Assembly: GCF_006345805.1 (NCBI RefSeq)
Contig: NC_042998.1
Span: 92,256,001-92,320,000 of the forward strand
Direction: 5' to 3'
Source: Octopus sinensis
Taxonomy: Eukaryota
Length of the DNA: 64,000 bases
The notes below the pieces were generated by a model. That model saw only the letters and a list, made by a program, of their open reading frames with translations. It did no database searches and was not told the DNA's origin. The position numbers and the translations under genes are program-made. The stretch's first letter is position 1; the number at the start of each line of letters is the position of its first letter. Shown here in pieces: positions 38,167-49,100 of the stretch.

Positions 38167-40573
38167 GTGAGTTAGAATTTTCTCAATAAAAAAAAAGCTT
38201 ACCACAATATATCATACTTGTCAGATCTGTATCATTCTAACCACAGATTTTCAATTAAGTGCTAAAGAGAAATGAAAGTTAAATATATTAATAGTAGTGA
38301 GTTACTCCCTTGCAAGACTATAACATTATGGCCAGTTAATCTCAACATGCTCTCTTACAGCTAAAGGGGAAAATATAGGAGGTGCATCTCCTGCTGTTTT
38401 TTATGCAGGGTGAATCTGATGCTCTCTTTGGCTTGCCACAAGTCCTTTACCTTCTCAAATTGCTGTTTCATTCCACCTTGTATTTTTGAAGGGCGGCTGG
38501 GTGACATCTTGAACATGTTACTTGTAGCTCTTTTTAACATTAGATGTGACAATCTCTGTTGATAACTGTCAGTGAGGAATATCACCTGAGTTCATTGATA
38601 TTTCTGTACACCCTAGGCTTGCTCACTATACTTATTTCATGAGACCAAGCTGTTCTGGGAACATATTTTTCGTTCAGCCCTATTCAGTTTATAATATTGC
38701 ACAACCCTAACTCAGCCCTGACTAAGTTAATCCTTGATCAAATACATTCAAACATTTACCATCCATTTCTTTTTCTAAGGCATAGTGTATGCCTGACTAC
38801 ATTGTCCAATATGTTCTTCGTTTCTTGAGACTGTAAGGTGTAATTTGATAGATTTAGCTACTATTTTAGCAGAGTGGATGATTGCAAAAAAAAGTGTCAT
38901 CATTGGCTCCAGTCCAATGCAGTTGCATTTGAGGTGAATACACTTTGCGCTTAGTAGGTTTGTATTTTTCATAACTTCTTCTGCAACATGATCCTGTCAA
39001 CTATTTTTTGAAAACAAAATAACGGCGTCATTTGTGGAAGCACTTGGGGGAATTAGATGTGGCAGTGGCAGATGGTTTGGATTTTAGTTACAAATCATAC
39101 TCACACAACTATGTGTGTGTGTGCATGTGTAGATATAGACGTGTGTATGTTTGTATGTATATTTGTAACCATTTCTCACAGTCTAGTGTAACTTGGTATT
39201 GGTATGTACCATACTTCAACTAATGGTTTTAGGCACCCAATGTAGTTGCAAGCAAACACAAATACCGTTGGTCCTTAATCTAGTGTAACATTCAGGATGT
39301 GACTGCTGGTTGGAGAGAGGGATGCACCAATGCTCCCTTCCACTGGTACATTATTTGTTGATATCAAAAGAATAAAAGACAAAACTGGCCTTGGTGGAAT
39401 TTGAACTAAGAAAGCAGAGAGCCAAAACATATATAGCAATGCATTTTAGTGCATGCTGCAATAACTCTACCAATTCATCTTATCTGTGTATCTATGTCTG
39501 ACTGTCTAAATGCAAAAGTAAATTTTAAATATTAGATTTTATATAACAATTTCAAACCTTTGAAATTTGTTAGCATAGTGTTATTCCTTGTGTAATTTTC
39601 AAGTTCATCTTCATTCACCTTTTTTTTTTTACACTTTTGTTTTCAAACAAAATATTTGAAAAATCTCAATTTTTAATTTATTTCTTCTCATCCTCCAAAG
39701 TACCTGCTACTTACTAATTGTCCTTTCCAAAATGATTAATTCCTGAAAATTTGTTGAATGATTGTACCATATTGGTAAGATTTGTTTTTTTCACAGTTCA
39801 GATTTTTCAAGTTAAGTTATATTTTTCTTTTCATTGGAAAAAATTTCATTATTAAAAAAAAAAAAGAAAAGAAATTATATTTGTGTTCCATTTATCTACT
39901 ACATCTATAAAAGGCACCAGCTGCTTCTTTCCAATCAGCTGGAGGAAGACCCTCAAGAACAAACTATATGAATGGGGGGCACACTCACCAAGATCAGAAA
40001 CCTCGTCAATTCAACCAACAACCATCTGTTAATAGACACAACAATGAACAGGTTACATGGAAGGTATTACAACCAAGGATTCTCTATAAACTACTGCTTT
40101 TACCTCTTACCTACAACTTCATTTTCTATAAAATTCTGGTGGCTATTTAATTCCAACTTTTAACTCTGCTTCCTTTTTATTTTATAAATAAGCAGGTGTC
40201 TGTGTAATTGTTTTCCTCATTTTTCCCTCTACCCATTTGTTAAGATTCTTAGTTTGTCACCCTCAGCTATTATCACCCTAGGAAACGAGAAATCATTAGG
40301 GTCCTTACATTGGTGTCCTTAAACTGCTTTTACTACAACTGGTATATAAGTGAAATGCTAGGTCCTTCTCATGTCTCAGCTTGATTTTAGTTTCCCATCT
40401 AGAACCTTTCATTTACAGTAATCACCTAAAACTCTGAAGAAAGTCATGAATGCCATTGTTTCCAATTCCTTTTATTAAATGCAAGATAACTTGTCTAAAT
40501 TCATTGCTGTTAACATTAGCTATTTTGAAATGTTTTTTTTTCTGCATGGTTTGCATGAAACCTTATTGTAATA

Positions 40574-42036
40574 TCAGGTTGTGTAGAAAGTTCTGTCTGA
40601 TTAGGAGGTTGAACCTATTGAAACTATTTTTTTTCACTCCCCAAAAAGCCATAAATACTGATGCATAAGCTTTTCATGAAGAGTCACTATATAGCAACAA
40701 CAATATTTTCATATATTAGTTTTTTATGAATCCATTAAGGAATCATGCAAAGAACATATTTGTTGCATTATGTTTTACAATCTTTATTGTTCTAACGCAA
40801 GCAAAACAACCAAAAATGTTATGGTCAAGATGCTGTGAATGAATTTGCAGAAGGTTGATTGAAAAATTCAGATGTGGCAATTTCAATTTGCTTGATAATC
40901 CTAGGTCAGGCCATCCTTCCAAATTGGATTATAAAATACTGGAGGCAATATTTGCAGTGACATTCACTGTGATAGTAAGAGAACTTTTCATTGAACTTAT
41001 TGTTAGCATTATGAACATTCAATAATCATTTGAAGACACTAGGGAAAGTTTCAAAGTGTGGAAGAGTAGGTTTTTGTATTCTCTGACAGCAGCAAATCAT
41101 CAGCAAAAACTTTACTGCTGTGAACCATCATTCGATATGCATAACCGGCAAGCACCATTTTTAAATAGGATCATAACTCATGATGATGATCATCATTTAA
41201 CATCCATTGAGATGAGAAATGGATTCTTCACAACAATATTAAGCACCGTAGACACTGCCTAATGCCAAATCAAAAACCTGTACCATATCTATTTGTGGGG
41301 AGTTCACCCAAGGAAAATTCTGTTTGGTGGCATATAGTAGGAATTATGAGTTTTTAAGGTAAAATCAAACGACCACATCTGGAATCTATTTTCAGCAGCT
41401 TCACCACTTGAAGACTTCTTTGAGTAAAAAAGTGTCTTGCTGTAATAAATTACAGGGGTGTTCATTAAGATAATGCTTGACCTCACACAACATGTCACTT
41501 AGAATGTTCTGGAATCATTTGGATGAGTAAAACTGCTATACCTTCCACATTTTCCAGACTTTGCTCCATCAAACTTCAACTTTAAAAGTAGGAAAAGTGT
41601 GGGCAGCAGGAAGGAAGACATAGAAAATGAATTAAAGTTTTTTTAAACTAAAAACTGAAGGAACTTCTTGAAATCAGGCAAACTTACAAATAAATGGAGA
41701 TAGGTTACAGAAAATGACAAAATTATATAAATGATTAAATTTTCTGTTTTAACTCTTTAGCATTTAGATTCCTCTATCAAATATGGTTATCTATTTATGT
41801 TGTCATGGAATTAATTGTGCATTATCTTGTAGCATAAAAATTTCAATGTTGCAATTGTTTATTTTTAGAATGACATTGTAGGGTAGAAGTGTGAGGCCAG
41901 ATCTGGCCAGTTTGAAGATAAAAATGGGGAAATATTTGGGCCTAATATGACTGGTTTAAATGTTAATGGGTTAAATATCATCTTTGTGTTATTAAATAAA
42001 GATTGAAAATTAGACAGAACTTTCTATATCACATGA
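40574..42036 (+). mobile_element. Decayed mariner transposon with a nested piggyBac-like MITE
   Basis: TA-flanked TIRs tcaggttgtgtagaaagttctgtctgatt / aattagacagaactttctatatcacatga. Remnant motifs: FRCGNFNLLDNPRSGHP, PFLNRIITHD..EKWILHNN, DNA*PHT, FPDFAPSNF. Confidence 0.85.
41753..41970. mobile_element. piggyBac-like (TTAA) MITE, family 1, nested in a mariner
   Basis: TTAA on both sides (41749-52, 41971-74); TIR ctctttagcattta / taaatgttaatggg. Confidence 0.8.
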
Positions 42037-43629
42037 TACTTTCACACTTGTATTTTCTAAATAATATGCAACAAAAGAGATTTTCCTTTCCCTTGATGTT
42101 GTTTGAATGGATTTTGTTTAGCAATTACTAAGGAAAAACTGATATTTCTTTTTAAACCAGTCCTAGTTAAAAATATTTTTTTAACCAACTGAAGATTGTG
42201 TTCTGACCCTGTCAGTATCCTTAATTTTTTTATTCTTCTCTTCATACTTATTGCTAATGCTATCATAGATGACGTGTTATATGAATATAACCTTGTCTCT
42301 TATTCTCTAGCTTATTCTGATTACTCTCATCTGTTGTACTTATTCACATTAATTACAACCAGTTTAATCACTAATTCTTGATATTCACTCAATTAGTGAT
42401 TATGTGACCCATTCTCAGTGCATCTCTAATAGTACTCAGTAATTTAATTCTCCTCCTGCCTTCATTCTAGACTTTCATAGCTTCAAAAAATTTGATCTGC
42501 ATATAGTAAATTGTATTTACTTTTCTGTGAATGCCTATGTTGTAATGGTTAGATTATTGGGTTCATAATCATAAAATTGTGGGTTTGGCTCCTGGACAGG
42601 ATGGTGCATCAGGTCTTTGAGGAAGATCTTCATTTCATGTTCCAGTCCACTAAGCTGAAATGGATACCAACCAAGTGTCAGTATATATATCTCTCTCTCT
42701 CTCCATTCAGTTGTCACATCCTGGATGTTCTACTGGGTTGGTAAGGGAGACAACAACAGTGTATCTGTGTCAGTTTGCAACTTTTGGGGTACCTAAATCA
42801 ACTGATGAACACATGGTAGATGCTACCCTACCACATCACATTCACTTGTGAGTGACACTAATGATTACTCCCTTGTAAACGTTTCAGATCCCTTTTGTTA
42901 CCTCTATCTTTCACTACTACAATTTGAAACAATTTCTCTTTTGTGTGGTGATATAAATATCTATTTTACTATGGATTTCACGTATCATTACACACACATT
43001 AATTATATCTCCTCTTACTCATTACTTTTAGCATTAATTTTCTAACCGACTGATCATAGTCTATATTACGCAAACAGGTTTAAATACTTGTAAAGTGTGC
43101 AGATCAAGAGTTATCTGCGCGTGTTATGAAGCTACTCAAGATATAATGAGAACAAGTTGCATTATTACTAATTGGATGAATAAATATCAGCAATTAATGA
43201 TTGGATTTGTTGCAATTAATGCTGACTTGATAGATCTGTTAGAGTTCTGGACAGAATACCATGGGGTGTTTGTTTTGACTCTTTACACTTGTTGTTCAAA
43301 TCCTGCTAAGGACAATTTTGCTTGTCATCATTTTAGTGGCTTAATAAAAGAAAATATTAATCTAGAGTGTGGGATGGGCAGAAGTGTTAGAACATTGGCC
43401 AGGATGCCATGTTGTGATGTGTTCTGACTTTATGTTGTCTGAATTCAAATTCACTCTATCACTAATAAACAGTGACACTTCTGTTGAGAGATGTGACTGA
43501 CATATGGTGTCAGTAAATATGGAAAACCGATTAGTAACTATGTTTTCATTGGTTTGATTGTAAGGATTGGGTTCCACCATTACCGCATGAACTACAAAGA
43601 ATAAGTTGATGATATTTGATTTGAGTAAG

Positions 43630-44000
43630 GTGCAGGCAGGGCTGTGTGGTTAAGAAGTTGACTTTCCAGCCACATGGTTTTGAGTTCAGTCACACTGCAT
43701 AGCACTTTAGGCAGGTGTATTCTATAGCCCAAGGCCAACCAAAGCCTTGAGAGTGGATTGCGGGGATTGGCAACTGAAACAAGCTCATCCTGAGTGTGTG
43801 TGTCCGTCCTGGCATCACATGGTAGTTTAAATGAGTGTCACTGTCATCCAAGCAGTATCATTCATTTTCAGTATTCTGCTTAGAAAGAAGTGAAGGTTGA
43901 CAACAGGAAAAGCATCTAGTTATAGAAAATCTACTTCAATAAACTCTGTCTGACCCATGCATGCATGGAAAAATGGGCATTAAAATGATGATCATGATAT
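43630..44000 (+). mobile_element. tRNA-derived SINE family A2 (A-type head, RTE-type tail)
   Basis: Same head as A1; 3' end tctgacccatgcatgcatggaaaaatgggcattaaaatgatgat matches the RTE LINE 3' end. Other copies at about 2137-2625, 6955-7350, 27183-27570, 30425-30800 (-) and 33125-33515. Confidence 0.75.
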
Positions 44001-44615
44001 TGATAAACTTGGTCTAACTTGAGAATAAAAAGAAACAAGGTGATTATATATATATATGCATGGAACTGATACAAGCAATACTTGATTTATATGAATAATT
44101 GTAGAAAATTATATAAACTGAGAGTACAATTTAGTCGAGCTTTCTTTTGATATCCCTCCTTGTATAGGATTCATTTATTTTGAGCCTGTTTTTTATTTCA
44201 TTTTCCATCAATAGAATAATGGACTTGTGTAGTGAGTTGTAAAATAGATTAGATACTTTATCTGGTTTGTCCATTCATGTTTCTGCATTTAAATCCTGCT
44301 GATAGTTTGTTTTCATCTTTCATTTATCACTAAGATAAGTAGCAGTTAGTTATTGGGATTAAATCACAAGCTCTGTGTCTCCTTCTCTCTCTGCATGACC
44401 ACCCTGCACTTGGCTGAAACCAACACAGTATATCTTCTTTTTATTCTTTATCATTTTCATTTCACTTTTCAGAGCTCTCAATTTCACTTGCTCTGGTTAA
44501 TTCTGTAAGAGCAGATAATAGCTTATTGTCAAGGGTCTCACAGGCATCTTCTACAATAATTAACATCCAGGGACCAATCTCTAAATCCTTGCTATCCCCA
44601 ATAAAGCAGTTTTTA

Positions 44616-45850
44616 AGCTGGTGAACTTTCAGAATTGCTAGTATGCTGGACAAAATGCTTAGTGATATTTGATCCGTCTTTATGTCCTGAGTTCAAATTC
44701 CACTGAGGTCACCTTTACCTTTCATCCTTTTGAGGTCAATTACATAAGTACCAGTTATGCACTGGGGTCGATGTAATTGACTTAATCCCCTCCCCCAAGC
44801 TGCCCTTGTGGCAAAAATTTGAAATTATCATCATCATTATTATTATTATTAAGGTAGCAAGCTGTCAGAATCGTTAGCTCAGTGGGCAAAATTGCTTAGC
44901 GGCTTTTTGTCTGTCTTCGTGTTCTGAGTTCAAATTCTGCCAAGGTTGACTTTACCTTTCATTCTTTTGGGGGTCAGTAAATTAAGTACCAGTGAAACAC
45001 TGGGGTCAGTGTCATTGACTAGTCCCCTCCCCACAAATTTCAGGCCTTGTGCCTTCACCAGAAAGGATTGTTATTATAATTGTCAAGGTCGACTTTTCCT
45101 TTCATTCTTTTGGTTTTGATAAAATGAGTACCCCAGTTGAACACTGGGGGTCGATGTAATCAGCTGTCCCCCTCCCACCAGCTTTCAGGCCTTGTACTTT
45201 TAGTAGAAGGGATTGTTATTATTAAGGTGGCATGTGGGCTGAATCCTTAGCCTGCTGGGTGAAGTGCTTAGTGGCATTTTGTTCAAATTCTGTTGAAGTC
45301 AACTTTGCCTTTCATCCTTTCAAGGTTGATAAAATAAGTACCAGTTGAATACTGGGGTTGATGCAATTGACTTTCCCGCTCCACTTAATTGCTGGCCTTG
45401 TGCCAAAATTTGAAATCACCATCATTGTTGGCAGAAAGGCCGCGAGCTGCCAGAATTGCTATCACACTAGATGAAATGCTTCGCAGGTATTTCAACCTGT
45501 CACTACATTCTGAGTTCAAATTCCACTAAGGTCAAGTTTTCCTTTCATTCCTTTGGGGTCGATAAATTAAGTACCATTTGTGTACTGGGGTCAATCTAAT
45601 TGACTGCCCCCCTCCCACTCCCACCAAATTTCAGGCCTTGTTATTATTGGTGGCAAGCTGGCAGAATTGTTAGCACGCGGGACAAAATACTTAGTGGTAT
45701 TTCCACTGAGGTCGACTTTGCTTTTCATCCTTTTATTCTTTTGAGGTCAATAAAATAAGTACCAGCTTAAATCTGGGTGCGATGTAATTGACTAGTGGCC
45801 CCCTCCACCCCCGAAATTTCAGTCCTTGTGCCTTTAATAAAAAGGATTTT
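44616..45850 (+). mobile_element. Head-to-tail array of six copies of tRNA-derived SINE family B
   Basis: Repeated gagttcaaatt..gactttgcctttcatccttt..aagtaccag..ctggggtcgat..ggccttgtg blocks, each followed by an ATT/ATC-type tail. Solo copies at about 35477-35700 (+), 1390-1590 (-), 39330-39480 (-) and 57433-57549 (-). Confidence 0.88.
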
Positions 45851-46520
45851 TTTACTTCCTCTGCATCCTCCTTATACACAAACGAGGTCTTAATGTCTTA
45901 ACTAAAGGATTCTATTCCTGTCTCTCTATTTTAAGTTGGAATGACAATATTTTCTTTTCCTGGCATTTAGCATGATTTTATCCTTATTTATTTGAAATTT
46001 TTTTTATTATCCATTTTTATTTTGTTTTGTTTTTGTTTGCTTTATCTATTTGCCTTGCACTGTTGTTCAAATCTTTCTTTGTAACCTTTGATCATCACGC
46101 ATGGCTGTAATACTTTGATTTTCATCTGCTTTTGGAAGCTGAATTTTTTGTATTGAGGCAATATTGTATTTATATAACAACTGTATAATGATGTTCGATT
46201 TGTTTGTTTATATTGCTGTTGTTGTTTAACTATGTGACTAGTTTTCCTAATTAACATGGTCTACTGTAGTAAATAAATATATAGTCAAAAGAAAAAAAAC
46301 ACATACAAACATAATATATTATTTACAGAAAATTACAAAGAAGAGAAAAAAAAAGGAAAAGAAAAATTCAGCAAGCTAATTGTTCTTCATTGTGATATTT
46401 CTATTATTAGTTTTTGATGGAAATTTTATACTGGGAATTTTTGTAAAAAGTTTTTAAGAAAATAGATATCCATCTTATATACATTATATGATACATATAT
46501 ATATATGTATACGTTATATG

Positions 46521-46568
<48 letters not shown>

Positions 46569-47007
46569 CGCACCTCCACCTTTGCTATTAATTTGTGTGT
46601 TTTGCCTTAGTAACAAATCAATATTCATCTACATCAAATTAACTGAACTGAAAAAGACAGTTTTTTTTTCTTTAGTTAGGAGCTAAATAATTTCTATCAT
46701 TAATCAATCACTGTAGAAATTGTGTAGTTTATAAAATGAGAGAATTATTGATGTTTCGAAACGTCTGTAAGTTGTCTTGACTCTTTTGATATAATAGATG
46801 ATTATTTATTATTTTTAAGTGTGTGTGTGTTGGGTGTTAATCTTGCTGGGTTCCTGGGTTGTAGTTGTCTTCTAGTCATACTTATTTCTATTTGCAATAC
46901 TTCAGCTACTGTAATGATATATATGTTTCAGCGTGTTTGTTTTCATACACCTATACTTGTATTTAAACATGTGTCTATATACACATATGTAGGTGTGTGT
47001 GTGTGTG

Positions 47008-47071
<64 letters not shown>

Positions 47072-48109
47072 TTTATATATTCTTTTACTTGTTTCACTCG
47101 TTGAACTGTGGCCATGCTGGGGCACTACTGTGAAGAATGTTAGTCGAATAAATTAGCCCCAGTACCTATTTTTTTTATTAAGTCTGGAACTTATTGTTTC
47201 AGTCTCTTTGGTAAACTGCTAAGTTATGGGGTTGTAAACAAACCATCCGTTGTCAAGCAGTGGATGTAGGGCAAACAAGGGTGCACCCATCCACATAAAT
47301 ACACACACACACACACACACACACACAACAGGCTTCCACACAGTTTCCATCTACCAAATTCACTCACAATACATTTGTCACCCTGGGGTTATATTTGAAG
47401 CCACTTGTCCAAGGTGCTGCACAGTAGGACTGAACCCAAACCATGCGGTTTCAAAGTGAGCTTCTTAATCACACAACCATACCTACTCCTACAAATAATG
47501 AGCCGCCTTTGAAGGGAAATTATACCCATTGTACCTCTTACATGATAGTCAGGGATACTTACCACTATGCTATCAAGGACTAAACCTTAAAAAGTCAGGA
47601 GGTGTGAGAGGTGAATCTGATTATAAATTCACCACTATCAATTCATTGCAGGAGAGTTCACCACCATCAATTCACCATGAGGAAAGTTTACCGAGAAAAT
47701 ATATCAATAGTATCTCATCATTACTAGTTAAAAACTATTTTATTGGGAGGTAAAAAACAACAGTGAATTGATGACACCGAACTTACCGGACATAGTTGAA
47801 TATATTTATTTAACCATTTGATATCCTTAGGATTACAACCATTTCATAAATGTACAACTGTATTGTACAATGCATAGCATGCATATTAGTGCCAACATGT
47901 AAAATAGTTTTTATTATACACTGAAATGATTACACGATGAAGACTGAAATGGCCATAATCCTGAGGATATTAAGTGATTAAATTAATACATTCATCTCTC
48001 GGGTTTCTGACGTTTTATGTATTCCTCATGAAATAATTTCATTGAGTGGGTCTCTTGGATATCAGCTGCATAGAACTCTACATTATACTCCTCCATATTG
48101 GATTATTCT

Positions 48110-48524
48110 TTTATTCCTTTATTTGTTTCAGTCATTTGACTGCAGCCATGCTGGAGCATCACCTTTAGTTGAACAAATCGACCCTAGGACCTTTTCTTTA
48201 CAAGCCTAGTACTTATTCTGTCGGTCTCTTTTGCAGGGATGTAAACACACCAACACCGGTTGGTTGTCAAATGATGATGGGAGGGGGGCAAACGGACACA
48301 AATGTATCTATCCATCTATCTATATATCTATATCTATCTATCTATATATATATATATACATACACGATGGGCTTCTTTCAGTTTCTGTCTACCAAATCCA
48401 TTCACAATGCTTTGGTTGGCCTGAGGCTGTAGCAGAAGACACTTGCCCAAGGTGCCATGCAGTGGGACTGAACCCAGAACCATATGGTTGGTAAGCAAAC
48501 TACTTAGCACACAGCCACTCCTAT
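48110..48524 (-). mobile_element. tRNA-derived SINE family A1, abutting the hammerhead repeat
   Basis: Reverse complement of the 35780-36190 copy; ends acagccactcct. Confidence 0.85.
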
Positions 48525-48679
48525 AATAGCTGGGTCCATTACAAATGCTTTTTGTGATAGCCAGATGATTCTATGCATCCATGTATTGCATCACAGCGGA
48601 TCATATATCCGAAAAAGAAGCACACTCTAAAAGTTAGAGCAGTAATATATTTACATGAAGTTAAATATATGTCCGGTCA

Positions 48680-48744
48680 TATAGTGACCAATGGTTTTGC
48701 ATCCATAAAGTGCTTAAGCTTTATAAATGGCACATCAGACTCCA
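48680..48744 (-). ncRNA. Degenerate type I hammerhead motif (- polarity), copy 1
   Basis: Minus strand reads TGGAGT-CTGATGT-GC-CATTTATAAAG-cttaagca-CTTTATGGATG-C-AAAA-CC-ATT-GG-TC-ACTATA. Stem II is 11 bp; there are two core substitutions. Confidence 0.6.
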
Positions 48745-48812
48745 ATGGCTGCAGGCATATAACCTCTCTTCAAACTGGAGACAGAAAAGAGAGGTTGTGT
48801 ACTCATGGCCAT

Positions 48813-48878
48813 TGGGGTCTGATGAGTTGTCTCTATGGAACTAAGTGCTTTATGTATGTGAAACCATTGGTCACTCTA
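48813..48878 (+). ncRNA. Type I hammerhead ribozyme motif (+ polarity), core intact, stem II degraded
   Basis: TGGGGT-CTGATGA(48819-25)-34 nt-GAAA(48860-63)-CC-ATT-GG-TC(cleavage after 48872)-ACTCTA. Stem I TGGGGT/ACTCTA is 6 bp with 2 G-U. Stem III ACC/GGT has a 3-nt loop. Confidence 0.72.
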
Positions 48879-48979
48879 TGACTGGATATACACATAGTCA
48901 ATGAAACATATATCAGAAAAAAGGCACACTCTAAAGAATAGAGCAGTAATTATTGAAACACAAAGTTAAATTCTGGTCA

Positions 48980-49042
48980 TAGAGTTACCAAAGGTTTCAT
49001 ATCCCAAAAAAATCACAGCCTTGTGGACAGGTCAGCAGACTC
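48980..49042 (-). ncRNA. Degenerate type I hammerhead motif (- polarity), copy 2
   Basis: Minus strand reads GAGT-CTGCTGA-...-GAAA-CC-TTT-GG-TA-ACTCTA; GAAA and the NUH triplet are intact; direct repeat of copy 1 about 300 bp downstream. Confidence 0.5.
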
Positions 49043-49100
49043 TCTCTGTATGTATGTGTGTGTGTGTATGTGTATATATATATATATATATATATACACA

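Larger units (their letters stand above)
48530..49042. repeat. ~300-305-bp tandem repeat (about 1.7 units) containing a fold-back
   Basis: catatatc at 48602 and 48907; gcacactctaa at 48620 and 48924; ggtcata at 48675 and 48975. A diverged partial unit (tgcttt...tctatg) lies at about 48545-48575. Confidence 0.75.

Noticed and set aside
44462-44653. Minus-strand ORF ...EDACETLDNKLLSALTELTRASEIESSEK* as an exon of a nested gene
   Set aside because: Its start lies inside a SINE, no partner minus-strand exons were found, and the peptide has no recognisable motif.
44616-45850. Repeat array as a CRISPR-like locus
   Set aside because: The units are diverged ~200-bp SINEs with no unique spacers, in a eukaryotic intron with no cas genes.
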